From a virus (taxonomy: Duplodnaviria; Caudoviricetes), in IMG/VR virus record IMGVR_UViG_3300042525_000901, positions 1,708 to 65,707 of that record: a DNA stretch of 64,000 nt, one strand, 5' to 3'. Position numbers and translations under genes: made by a program. The notes below the pieces were generated by a model. The model was not told where the DNA came from. It did no database searches and worked only from the letters and a program-made list of their open reading frames with translations. Positions 25,831 to 35,222 of the stretch are shown here, piece by piece; within the stretch, counting starts at the first letter, position 1, and each line of letters starts with the position of its first letter.

Positions 25831-26471
25831 CAGAAGTTCTCCCCATCACGAGCCATGCCCGCTTGTCGTTCGACAGTAAGCTGACGTTCCCAAAGGTCAG
25901 CCAAATTGCCAATCTGAACCGCTAACAATTCGGGACGCGCTCCGATGGTGCCTACCGTGTAATGACTGACCATCGCCTGCTGTGCCTCGGTTCGTGCGCC
26001 TTCCGGCGTGGCACGAGCGATCGCCAACATCAGCGCTTCTACCTCGATGCGTCGGATAGCTGATTCGCGCACGTCCCCCGTTGCCTTATCGTCAGCACGA
26101 GACGCGAGGAACGATTGGAGACAAACCGTCACGTCTTGCTGATAGCAGTCGGTGTAAGCTTTGTCGCCGCGAAATGAATCAGCGCGTAACGCAAACTCAC
26201 GCGCGATCGTATCGATTTCTGCTCTTTGCTCTTCCTGTAGGAACGCCAACAAATTCGACTCAACCGCAGTCACTTCCGACGAACTCGCATTAATCGCGAG
26301 CGCCGGATCAAATTCGACCTGTTCAGACTTGCTGCCCTCTTCTACCACCTCAACTTTTGATGGCGACATCGCTTGCACCGTAAACATGACAGCCGCAGCG
26401 CCCATCAGCAACTTAGGCCAATGCTCCATCATTAACGACTGAATATCTAGATCCCCCTCACGCTCTTTCAT
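25830..26471 (-). CDS. membrane-anchored hypothetical protein
   Basis: N-terminal TM segment; coupled to ATPase gene. Confidence 0.65.
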   Translation of the reverse strand: MKEREGDLDIQSLMMEHWPKLLMGAAAVMFTVQAMSPSKVEVVEEGSKSEQVEFDPALAINASSSEVTAVESNLLAFLQEEQRAEIDTIAREFALRADSFRGDKAYTDCYQQDVTVCLQSFLASRADDKATGDVRESAIRRIEVEALMLAIARATPEGARTEAQQAMVSHYTVGTIGARPELLAVQIGNLADLWERQLTVERQAGMARDGENF

Positions 26472-26490
26472 TTTTGCTATCTCCTATTGC

Positions 26491-26543
26491 TTGCGTTATT
26501 GATGTATAATCTAGCATAGAAAACATTACGCAAGATACGCAAG
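26491..26543. promoter_or_regulatory. divergent promoter region with TTGCGT motifs on both strands
   Basis: TTGCGTTATTGATGTATAAT (+) and ACGCAAGATACGCAAG (two TTGCGT on -). Confidence 0.55.
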
Positions 26544-26548
26544 TCCTC

Positions 26549-26890
26549 ATGAACGAAAAAATGACCGGCCAAGTTGAAGCGCTGCAATCTCAGATTGGAG
26601 AGTTGCAGCGAGACATTGCAGACCTAATGGACACGATTACGTCCGCACGAAAGCTGGTGGAAAAGGCGTTTTCGTGGGATGCAATCCAGCCGCCGCCGCC
26701 CGGTTTTTCGCTTTCTCCGTCCGAGTATGCTGAATTAATCGGCTTGACCCCTAGTGCTATCCGCGCTCGCATTAAGTCCTCAAAGTGGAAGAAAGGTGTG
26801 CATTACGTGGATGTGCGAGCGCCTGGGGCGACGCGTCCTCGGTTCCTGATCAATCCCAAAGCTGTTGAGGCGGGTAGCGATGCTGCGTGA
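26549..26890 (+). CDS. excisionase/Cox-like HTH protein
   Basis: LSPSEYAELIGLTPSAIRARIK...WKKGVHY. Confidence 0.6.
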   Translation: MNEKMTGQVEALQSQIGELQRDIADLMDTITSARKLVEKAFSWDAIQPPPPGFSLSPSEYAELIGLTPSAIRARIKSSKWKKGVHYVDVRAPGATRPRFLINPKAVEAGSDAA

Positions 26891-28523
26891 ATATCAGCGC
26901 ACGGCAATCGATAGCGTTTTTGGTCAAATGCGATCCGGTGTTTCTGACTCCCTGTTGGTTTCGCCTACCGGATCTGGCAAGACCGTGATCGCCGCCGATA
27001 TTTGTCGGCAGGGTTACGAGCGCGGGCGGCGTATTTTATTCGTGGCGACGCGGCAACCGTTGATCGCACAGACAGCAAAAAAACTCTCAGCGTTTGGGGT
27101 AAGCCGCGAACACATTGGCTTAATCCAGGGCGCAAACTCGGAAACGCAATCCGCCCCGGTTCAGGTCGCCTCGCTCCAAACCTTAGCCCGTCGCAAGTGG
27201 TGGAAAGCAAAACCGTTTGACCTCATTATTTACGATGAGGCTCACGAGTCTCGTTTCCATAAGGCCGCGCAAACCGTTCGCGAGCTGTCACCGAACGGCA
27301 AAGTGCTTGGCTTAACTGCTACTCCCTATCGCACTAAGTCGTCAGAAACGCTAGGGAAGTTTTTTAACGGACTAGTCGTGACACGATTAGTTCGTGAACT
27401 TCAAGCTGATGGCTTTCTCGCCAAAGCGGACTACTACGCCGCTGGTGAAGAAACGGATGTTAGCACCGTTCGGATCGCTTCCGATGGTGATTACAACCAA
27501 GACGACCTACAGCAGGCGTGCAACTCCCCTGAACTGATTGATGATGCGATCGCACATTGGCAAGCGCTAGCTGGGGGGAAACGAACTATTGTGTTTGCCA
27601 CCGGCATTGCTCACGCTGACGCCATTCGCGATCGCTTTCAGTCTCTCGGTGTTCGTGCCGAGGTCGTGACGGGTGAGACACCAGAGAAGCGGCGAAACAT
27701 TCTTTATAAGCGGATGCGTTCCGGTTCTATTCCTGTGCTGATTTCTGTCGGTGTCCTGACCACGGGCTTTGATGAACCGTCGGTAGAATGCTTGCTGCTA
27801 CTTCGTAAGACGTTATCGCGATCGCTTCATGAACAAATGATCGGGCGGGGTCTGCGGATCTCGCCCGAGACTGGCAAAGAGAAATGCATCGTGATTGACC
27901 AGGCTCGAAACTGCCTGGTTCATGGCGTGCCTGAATTGATCGATGGGTATGAACTCGACCCACCGAAGGATAAGAAAAAACGTGGCGAGGCTGACCCACG
28001 GTTGAAAGTCTGCCCTGCCTGTTCCAACTACTCGACCGACCCCAAACGCTGCGATAATTGCGGTTACGAGTTTCCAATCCTCGATAGCCAAGTCGTTGAA
28101 ATTGAGAATCCAATTTTAGGTTTCTCGAAAATCGCCATTCCAGAAGATCCAGCAGTGCGTCATCGTGCACAGTTTCGCAAGCTATGCGCCCAAGCATTCA
28201 AAAAAGGCTATCAGCCCATGTGGGTGCAAAAACGATGGGCAGAGGCCAAGCCCGACGGCTGCAAAGGTGTCGCGATGGAATGGTGGGATCGCGCGGCAAC
28301 CGAGCACATCGAAGACACGTGGCAAGCGATTCATGCTTACAAATCACACCTCGAATTCCTCGCCAGAAAGCACAACAAAGCTAACCCCGGCAACTGGGTT
28401 CATCATTACTTGTGTGTTGAGTTTGCTGAAGATATTGACCTTATTTCGGACTTAGAGGACTTTGACCAACTTGATGATCAGCCCGAGAGTTATTACGCCA
28501 AAGAACCCACTCACAATATGTAA
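26880..28523 (+). CDS. SF2 (DEAH) helicase with Zn ribbon
   Basis: LREYQ, SPTGSGKT, DEAH, LTATP, LTTGFDEP, QMIGRGLR, CPAC..CDNC. Confidence 0.93.
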   Translation: MLREYQRTAIDSVFGQMRSGVSDSLLVSPTGSGKTVIAADICRQGYERGRRILFVATRQPLIAQTAKKLSAFGVSREHIGLIQGANSETQSAPVQVASLQTLARRKWWKAKPFDLIIYDEAHESRFHKAAQTVRELSPNGKVLGLTATPYRTKSSETLGKFFNGLVVTRLVRELQADGFLAKADYYAAGEETDVSTVRIASDGDYNQDDLQQACNSPELIDDAIAHWQALAGGKRTIVFATGIAHADAIRDRFQSLGVRAEVVTGETPEKRRNILYKRMRSGSIPVLISVGVLTTGFDEPSVECLLLLRKTLSRSLHEQMIGRGLRISPETGKEKCIVIDQARNCLVHGVPELIDGYELDPPKDKKKRGEADPRLKVCPACSNYSTDPKRCDNCGYEFPILDSQVVEIENPILGFSKIAIPEDPAVRHRAQFRKLCAQAFKKGYQPMWVQKRWAEAKPDGCKGVAMEWWDRAATEHIEDTWQAIHAYKSHLEFLARKHNKANPGNWVHHYLCVEFAEDIDLISDLEDFDQLDDQPESYYAKEPTHNM

Positions 28524-28538
28524 GCAAGGGGAATCCTC

Positions 28539-28862
28539 ATGAAGCCACCCACAACACGAGACGGCCTGACGTGCCTGAGTGCCGTCGCAAAATTCTACGA
28601 AGTCCCCACGGCCACCATTATTCAAAAAGTAGGGTCAAGCCACGCGTTTAACTGTGAGCGACCTCGTTACCTGACGAAGGAAGAGGCGATCTCGTTAGGT
28701 GTTGGCACAGCGTCAAAAATCAAATTGTTTCGGTGGGCAGATGACCATCACGAGCTTATCGTCACAGCACTGACCACCAAGCCCGAGCCAAGACCACGAC
28801 CTCAAATCGAGCCTCGCTACCCTCAGTCTACCAATTACACACCTGGAAAATTCCGACGATGA
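28539..28862 (+). CDS. hypothetical protein
   Basis: operonic ORF. Confidence 0.55.
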   Translation: MKPPTTRDGLTCLSAVAKFYEVPTATIIQKVGSSHAFNCERPRYLTKEEAISLGVGTASKIKLFRWADDHHELIVTALTTKPEPRPRPQIEPRYPQSTNYTPGKFRR

Positions 28863-29410
28863 TTGAGATCAAGCATTACATTATCGGGATTGACCCTGGC
28901 ACGTCAGGGGCGATCGCCGTCATCGCTCCTAGCAGTGGATTGATTGAAATTCACGATTGCCCTACCCGATCTGTTCGTGGCAGCAATGGCAAGCCAAAAG
29001 ATATCTTGGACTTTAGTGGCGTCGCGAGCCTGTTGCGCTCGTACCGAGGAAACGCGATCGCCGTCATAGAAAAAGTCAGTGCGGGTCTTTTCCGCGCTGA
29101 CGATGGCAAGTCTGGAGATAAACGCACAGCGATCGGGGCGGTTTCCGCTTCGACGTTTATGCAGAATTTCGGAGCGTGGCAACAGGCTTGTGCCTGCAAC
29201 GACATTCCCACTCGCCTCGTAACGCCGTCCGTCTGGAAACGCACCGTGGGTCTTTCAAAGGATAAAGCCCGCTCAATTCGGGTAGCAGCGGAGCTATTCC
29301 CGCGTGCCGACATTTCCGACAGTCACGATCGAGCAGAGGCGCTGATGCTCGCCTACTATGGTTGGCTAGCCGATGCTGACGCTTTTCTCACCCCGCCCCC
29401 AAAACTTTAA
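28859..29410 (+). CDS. RuvC-like Holliday junction resolvase (phage type)
   Basis: IIGIDPG.SGAIA, AVIEKV, VTPSVWK, DRAEALMLA. Confidence 0.85.
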   Translation: MIEIKHYIIGIDPGTSGAIAVIAPSSGLIEIHDCPTRSVRGSNGKPKDILDFSGVASLLRSYRGNAIAVIEKVSAGLFRADDGKSGDKRTAIGAVSASTFMQNFGAWQQACACNDIPTRLVTPSVWKRTVGLSKDKARSIRVAAELFPRADISDSHDRAEALMLAYYGWLADADAFLTPPPKL

Positions 29411-29412
29411 TC

Positions 29413-30000
29413 ATGACTTTCTCTACTCCCAACACTGCTTTGCTGTCCCGCTCCGAGATTTCCCGTCGTGCCATCCTGGGGATGATTGATCCGTTCGTTT
29501 CGACCAAAGTTCGGGATGGTGGCATCAGCTACGGCCTGACCGAGACGGGCTATGATTTGCGGTTGTCCTCGATCGACTTCCGGCTCATCACCGGCAATCT
29601 CGATAAACCCATCGACCCGCTCAACTTTGATGCAGGCCGTGAAACGACGCGACTACCGCTTCAGGAGGACGACAACGGGCTGTACTTCGTAATGCCTCCG
29701 CACTCCTATGCGCTAGGTGTAGCGGTTGAAAAGCTCGTCATGCCGAACGATGTTCTCGCGATCGCCGTCGGAAAATCGACCTATGCTCGCGTAGGTGTGA
29801 TCGCAAACATTACCCCAATTGAACCCGGATGGCACGGATACCTGACGTTAGAATTCTGCAACGGTTCAAACGCTCCTGTACGCCTGTATGCCAACAAAGG
29901 CATTGTGCAACTGCTCTTCTACCACTGCGAGACCGGAGTGGCGTACAATGGCAAATACCAAGGCCAAGCAAACCGTGTTACGCCCGCCTGTGGTGATTGA
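29413..30000 (+). CDS. dcd: dCTP deaminase
   Basis: ISYGL...GYDLRL, GKSTYARVG, TPIEPGWHGYLTLE, YNGKYQ. Confidence 0.93.
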   Translation: MTFSTPNTALLSRSEISRRAILGMIDPFVSTKVRDGGISYGLTETGYDLRLSSIDFRLITGNLDKPIDPLNFDAGRETTRLPLQEDDNGLYFVMPPHSYALGVAVEKLVMPNDVLAIAVGKSTYARVGVIANITPIEPGWHGYLTLEFCNGSNAPVRLYANKGIVQLLFYHCETGVAYNGKYQGQANRVTPACGD

Positions 30001-30016
30001 ACTGCTGTCTAGAACC

Positions 30017-30056
30017 AAAATACCCTCGTGACGAACAATCACGAGGGTATTTTTTT
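30017..30056. terminator. bidirectional terminator between convergent operons
   Basis: AAAATACCCTCGTGA-N7-TCACGAGGGTATTTTTT. Confidence 0.8.
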
Positions 30057-30065
30057 GAGTGGTCA

Positions 30066-30392
30066 TTAACGGTCAAAGTCGTGCTTTACCAGTTCCTCGA
30101 TCGCCATTTGGGTGAGAATGTCGTCGTCCACGATTGCCTGTCGCCATCTTTTCCACGCTTGAAATGAGCTGCGAGACACCGCCTGGTATCTGTCTAGATG
30201 AGCTAGGTAGCGCTGCACACCGCCAAACACGACAGCCGAAACGAACGCGGCAACGTGCGTCGCCATTGAAATTGCGGCGGCAACGTCGGGAGGCCACGAT
30301 AGCCGGTTGGATATGATTGCACCAGCTATCGTGGCGAGATAGGTGCTGATGAGGATAGCGGCGATCGTGTGCGGTGGGAACGGAGCTTTCAT
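30066..30392 (-). CDS. small two-TM membrane protein
   Basis: two hydrophobic segments. Confidence 0.6.
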   Translation of the reverse strand: MKAPFPPHTIAAILISTYLATIAGAIISNRLSWPPDVAAAISMATHVAAFVSAVVFGGVQRYLAHLDRYQAVSRSSFQAWKRWRQAIVDDDILTQMAIEELVKHDFDR

Positions 30393-30601
30393 GGTTTGTA
30401 CTCTGCGTGAATGTATGTGCGTTTACTTGATGCTGAGGATTTTTGCGTAACTTCGATTCCGGTTCGTGCGAGTAAGGCGATCGCCTGGGGAAGAACTTCA
30501 ACGGCTTCGTCTGGTATCAAAAAAAACTTGCGAACGCACTTGCCAGGATTGGCGGGCGCTCGCAAGTCGAACAGCAATTTGCTCGGCTAGATCTACGTGG
30601 C

Positions 30602-30871
30602 TCATTTTGATAAAGTCGCAGTGGATACCGTATGTTCAACATCCGGCGTCAAAATTTTGTAGGTAACACCTTCCCACCCTTTTGGAGAGGGGTGAGCGTC
30701 TTTACAGGTAAACGTCACCCCTTCGCTTTTTGTTGCCTTGGCGAGCAACGCTTGGAGCATTGCGTCTCCCATAGAATCCGCTTCGACTTCAATATCCCAG
30801 TGCTGTAAATCAGTGTCGCGGCACAGGCGACGAGAGAACCCGGAGGCAAGATATTTATGCATCGTAGTCAT
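30602..30871 (-). CDS. hypothetical protein
   Basis: operonic ORF. Confidence 0.5.
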   Translation of the reverse strand: MTTMHKYLASGFSRRLCRDTDLQHWDIEVEADSMGDAMLQALLAKATKSEGVTFTCKDAHPSPKGWEGVTYKILTPDVEHTVSTATLSK

Positions 30872-31076
30872 ACGTTACGGGTAAAGCTGCACGTGTAGCT
30901 TGGATGATCGTTTCGTCAGCCTTGACGGTTCCGATAATGGAACCTACTAACGCACCAATCGAAGCAATCGCCGCTTTAGTAGAGAGGCTTGACGGGATGA
31001 CGAAACCCGACGCGGCCAGACCGAAGGCGGTAATGGCAAATGATTTGATTGCGTACTGTTGAACAATGGCTCTCAT
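30855..31076 (-). CDS. small two-TM membrane protein
   Basis: two hydrophobic segments. Confidence 0.55.
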   Translation of the reverse strand: MRAIVQQYAIKSFAITAFGLAASGFVIPSSLSTKAAIASIGALVGSIIGTVKADETIIQATRAALPVTYDYDA

Positions 31077-31126
31077 GGCTTGCTTTCGGGTTTCGTCTAG
31101 AGATTGATATCGATTATAAATTGCTT

Positions 31127-31657
31127 CTACATCAAGAACTGATTGAGGGAGTTGGCCGAACGTTGCCGACGCTCCATTACTTCCTTTCCCGCCGTACCAG
31201 CTTGGTCGCCAGAGCCGAACACTGAGCCGGTCAGCGACTCAAACGCCGTCTGCAATGCTGTCGCGTTTGAATCGAGCTGAGAAGCAAACGCAGCCGCATA
31301 TTGAACAGCCACTTCGTCGGCTAACGCAGCGCCCGCCTCGCTAGCCGATACTCGCAAGTCGGCTGCCCCACGGCTTAGGGTTTCAGCTACTTGCGCCATT
31401 GCCCCTTTTGACGGGCTAGCGTCTTGAATTTCGATGGCATCATTGGCGCTCTCGGGCAATGCCATTGCGTTAGCACTAACGACTGACTGAGGCTCGCCTG
31501 CGAGAGACGTGATCGCCAATTCTAGTTCTTTGTCGGTACAGCTTTCGATATAGTTGGGAGCCACGCCTTGAATGCCTGCGAGCGCTTCTCGCAGCAAGTC
31601 CTCAGTGATCTCGGGATTGCTTTGAGTGGCTCGGGTGACGGCAGTTTTGATTTGCAT
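31127..31657 (-). CDS. hypothetical helical protein
   Basis: 176 aa, preceded by TTGYGT-family promoter at 31699-31727. Confidence 0.65.
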   Translation of the reverse strand: MQIKTAVTRATQSNPEITEDLLREALAGIQGVAPNYIESCTDKELELAITSLAGEPQSVVSANAMALPESANDAIEIQDASPSKGAMAQVAETLSRGAADLRVSASEAGAALADEVAVQYAAAFASQLDSNATALQTAFESLTGSVFGSGDQAGTAGKEVMERRQRSANSLNQFLM

Positions 31658-31728
31658 TTGCGAAACCCTCTTGGGGTGATTGATTTGCTTCTTTGTTCAG
31701 TATACACAAAACACGCGACACACACAAA

Positions 31729-32202
31729 TTAAGTGATAGCTTCAAAGAGCGCGGGACGTGTTTCGAGTTTTTGGGCGAGTTGGCGATCACATAACGACTT
31801 TGCCCATGCTTCGTAATTGCGCTGAAAACAGGAAAAGTTTAGCTTTTCGTCCGAACATCGCGAGATCGCGCGGGCATAGTCTGTCCAGCAAAAATACTTT
31901 GAGCGCTCGCTTCGGACAGCATGTAGAACCCACATCGAGTAAGGGCAGAGGTTTCGCCGTTTAACGCGGGTGCGGGCGTTCACGTATGTTACGAACCGCC
32001 AATCGACCGGCAATGAATCAGCAAGTTGCTGCTCTGTTGTGGCAAGCGTGTTTTTGGCAACGCCGATTGTATTGGCGAACGTTTGGCGATCAGTTGCGCG
32101 ATTTTCAGACAGCAAGCAATCGTGAATTGTCTTTGGCGGCTCCAAGGGCAAGATAATCACGACACTAGATCCCCATAGCGGTCGTACCACTGCACGAGCC
32201 AA
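31729..32202 (-). CDS. hypothetical, possible HTH protein
   Basis: RQTFANTIGVAKNTL HTH-like segment. Confidence 0.45.
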   Translation of the reverse strand: MARAVVRPLWGSSVVIILPLEPPKTIHDCLLSENRATDRQTFANTIGVAKNTLATTEQQLADSLPVDWRFVTYVNARTRVKRRNLCPYSMWVLHAVRSERSKYFCWTDYARAISRCSDEKLNFSCFQRNYEAWAKSLCDRQLAQKLETRPALFEAIT

Positions 32203-32810
32203 TTTTCAAACAGCTCTAGCATTTGCTCGTAGGTTTCGTTCTTGGCGTCTACACGTTTCAGTCTCATGACGTGAGCGTTACCGTTGGGCAGGGCGAAAAT
32301 GATTCGAGCTTCGTCGATTAGGTCGTCTCCGATCGCGTGCCAGTATGCGGCAATTTGACAAAGGTATCCAATACACTGAGCCGACGATCGGGCGCGGCGC
32401 GAGGCTGGGGCTTTCCAGTCGATTACGACTTTGATGGTTTGCCCTTTCTCTACGATCTCGCCGTAGAAATCGTATGACCCTGCATAACGCAAGCCGCGCA
32501 ATTCCCCAATGATTTGCTGTTGGCGATCGTAAATGCGCTCAACCTTATCAAGCTCTGGCAGGACGGAAACAAGCCACGGACGATACTGCGGCTCAATTTC
32601 ACACAGACCTGTGTCGAGGTAGCGGTCAATCGCCGCTTCTACTATGTTGCCTCGCCCCAAGTGGTCAACACCGGGCTTGGAATACGATTGAATGATTGCA
32701 TCTGTAATGTCGGGCTCACTGCATTTGGCAATCGTGGTGACGCCCGGTAGCAAGCCGATCGGTGTTTGATGTAGGCGTTGACCGCCTACTGTTTTGTGCG
32801 TTGCGAGCAT
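32157..32810 (-). CDS. PD-(D/E)XK exonuclease (phage Cas4/RecE-like)
   Basis: PGVTTI...RGN...YAGSYD...VIDWK...QIAAY. Confidence 0.8.
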   Translation of the reverse strand: MLATHKTVGGQRLHQTPIGLLPGVTTIAKCSEPDITDAIIQSYSKPGVDHLGRGNIVEAAIDRYLDTGLCEIEPQYRPWLVSVLPELDKVERIYDRQQQIIGELRGLRYAGSYDFYGEIVEKGQTIKVVIDWKAPASRRARSSAQCIGYLCQIAAYWHAIGDDLIDEARIIFALPNGNAHVMRLKRVDAKNETYEQMLELFENWLVQWYDRYGDLVS

Positions 32811-32961
32811 GTTTCCTGCTGTCTTGTCTTTCGTTCTTGCCGCATTATACCCCAATAGCGCAAACTCGCGTTACTCGTGAAATTGACAAAAAAAAGACCG
32901 CACGAGGTTGTGCGATCAATGGGCTGTGTTTGTGAGCGGTTGAGTTGTGCCTGTTGGTTGA

Positions 32962-33543
32962 TTATGCGAGCTTAGAAAACGAGATTCGCTCCCATGCCGG
33001 TCGCCCGAGGTCGTTAGGTTCAAGGCATGTTTTGCACGTAACGACGTTATCGCCCACGACTACGCTGACGCGACCTAGTGCATCAGGAACGTCTCTCAGG
33101 GCGGAAAGCAACTCTTGGCATTCGGAGTGCCACCGAATGTGTATTTCGCTCCAGTCGTAATCGATTGCGTCGGGCGGGATTTTGTACCCTGACGCAATCA
33201 ATTCGTTCGCTGTGTTGAGGACTTTTTCAGCTAAAGTTTGGAGGTGACTGGGTTTACTCATGACTGCATCCCGCGATTCTATCGACAGGTTCGACTCGAT
33301 GCGATTTACCGCGTCAAGGATAGCCACCACCTGCTCTTTGATGGAGTCGATAGAATCGGCGGGTCTGAGATCTTGGCCACCTTTAGCGAAGAGGACTTCG
33401 ACGCCGTGCGCTAGCCCTACCCGAAGAACGTCAGCAAGGCTTAGATCTTTTTCTCGTGCAACTTTTTCGACGATACCCATCGTCGTCTTTGTTAAAGTTA
33501 CGCTCAGTCGTTCGGTCTTAAGTTCGCGATTTCGGGCTGTCAT
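32962..33543 (-). CDS. ribbon-helix-helix (CopG-like) protein with C-terminal extension
   Basis: ERLSVTLTKTTMGIVEKVAREKDLSLADVLR. Confidence 0.7.
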   Translation of the reverse strand: MTARNRELKTERLSVTLTKTTMGIVEKVAREKDLSLADVLRVGLAHGVEVLFAKGGQDLRPADSIDSIKEQVVAILDAVNRIESNLSIESRDAVMSKPSHLQTLAEKVLNTANELIASGYKIPPDAIDYDWSEIHIRWHSECQELLSALRDVPDALGRVSVVVGDNVVTCKTCLEPNDLGRPAWERISFSKLA

Positions 33544-33666
33544 TTGCCTTGACTCCTTAGTTGTTTTTTGAGGACACCCCAAGATTGTGCTGAGGTGTAT
33601 TATTTTCGTTTGGCGTGAATTGTAGGCGATCGCTCGTAATGCGAGATCGCCTGTTTTGTGGTTGTC

Positions 33667-34671
33667 TTACGGGCTAAGATTTGCAATCTGCGAGATTAGC
33701 CCGTAGTACAGCGGAGGCGGGACACTGTACCCCACGATCGAGCCAGTGACGGCCAACGACTTGGGCATCTGATACCAATCAGGGAATCCACCCCATCGAG
33801 CAAGGCAACGTCCATCGGCTTGTCGTGCAATACCGTCGTCGGTGATGATGTCGATAAAGCGATTGCGATCGCTCATCTTGTCCTTTTCGCCGTTATGCCA
33901 GTCGCATGAGACGCGCCGTAAAATCGTCCACATCGGTTCATCTTTGGTGAGCACTCGTGGCGTCCCGTTGCGGTAGCCTGAACGCTCGATCAAGAGTGGC
34001 GTGGCAGAACCATGGGGCTTGATGGCATTTTTCTCTACAGGTAGCAGTGTCGTCTCCGGCAACTCATAGGCGAACGATTTGATCGCATCCCACCAGCCAA
34101 TCTTTACCCCTTGAGGTTGGATTTGAGGGGCGAACGCATGGCGAACGGCAATCCCGAAAAATCGGCGTCGGTCTTGTGGTGTGCCAAAGTCCGCAGCGTT
34201 GAAGACGGCTTCTTTCACCCAATAACCTTCCGACCAAAGGTAATCACGAATCATGTACCAGCTTTCAGATTTGCGATAGGCTGGAACGTTTTCGATTGTA
34301 ACGATTCGCGGATGGACTGAGTTGATCGCTCGGGTGACGGCTTCCGCCATTTCCACGTCTAACGATCGCTCCCCTCGATCTCGCTTCGCCAGTGAGAAAT
34401 TAGTACAGACGGGCGATGCGTGGAAGATGTCGGCACGGGGTAGCTCATCGGCGCAGTCTTGGATCGATCGGCGGATAACTTCATGGCCGTATTCAGCGAA
34501 GTTGAGGTCGTTGGCGTCAGCGAGGGCGGCACTAAGGTTCGGCATGGTCGGATCAAATTCGACGCTCGCGATCGGGCGAATTCCAGCCATCACCGCACCG
34601 GCTTCGACGCCACCGCCACCGGCAAACGCGGTAACGATGGTTGGGGCGTCAGGGGGAAGGGTTGGTTTCAC
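33667..34671 (-). CDS. DNA cytosine-C5 methyltransferase
   Basis: FAGGGG (I), SPVC (IV), IENV (VI), QDRRR (VIII), GFPDWY...G.SVPP (IX-X). Confidence 0.9.
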   Translation of the reverse strand: MKPTLPPDAPTIVTAFAGGGGVEAGAVMAGIRPIASVEFDPTMPNLSAALADANDLNFAEYGHEVIRRSIQDCADELPRADIFHASPVCTNFSLAKRDRGERSLDVEMAEAVTRAINSVHPRIVTIENVPAYRKSESWYMIRDYLWSEGYWVKEAVFNAADFGTPQDRRRFFGIAVRHAFAPQIQPQGVKIGWWDAIKSFAYELPETTLLPVEKNAIKPHGSATPLLIERSGYRNGTPRVLTKDEPMWTILRRVSCDWHNGEKDKMSDRNRFIDIITDDGIARQADGRCLARWGGFPDWYQMPKSLAVTGSIVGYSVPPPLYYGLISQIANLSP

Positions 34672-34749
34672 TCGGCCTCCAACAAAGACAGTTGACCTGA
34701 CCGACGCTGATCAATCTCGACGTATTGATGGAACTGCCAAGCCCACCAC

Positions 34750-35160
34750 TCAGCAGGTCTTGATAAGTCTGTGGCATCCATCGTTACTGTGCCGAACAAA
34801 AACATCGCCAGACGGTGTAACAACGTAGCAGTAGGTCAGGTTTGCAAGACCTAGGTCTTCTGCCCAATCAAAAAGCAGCTTGTACTCGCCCCGATCTTTG
34901 GCGACAGTGCCAAGCAAATCAGTCAAAATCTTTTCACACGTTAACTCTTGTCGCAATTCCCACGTAAGCAAGTAAGGTTCTGCAACGTATGCCGAAACTT
35001 TAACAATGACTCCATTTTCAATGTAATTATTTGCTTCCTTTTTAGCTCGTTCAATAGCGTGAGCCTCGCTTAGTCGCATATCGAACGCGAACTCAATTTG
35101 GTGAATTTCTTGGCTGTCATCAATCCACTCGACACGAACGAAACGATCTTGAATTTGCAT
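34750..35160 (-). CDS. hypothetical protein
   Basis: 136-aa ORF. Confidence 0.6.
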   Translation of the reverse strand: MQIQDRFVRVEWIDDSQEIHQIEFAFDMRLSEAHAIERAKKEANNYIENGVIVKVSAYVAEPYLLTWELRQELTCEKILTDLLGTVAKDRGEYKLLFDWAEDLGLANLTYCYVVTPSGDVFVRHSNDGCHRLIKTC

Positions 35161-35222
35161 TGCTTTTACAAAATAATGGTCAGTGATTGGGCAAGATCAG
35201 TTAGTACCTTGCCCCATAAGAA

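Noticed and set aside
26549-26890. Integration module
   Set aside because: Only an excisionase-like HTH is present, and no tyrosine or serine recombinase or att duplication was found in the window.
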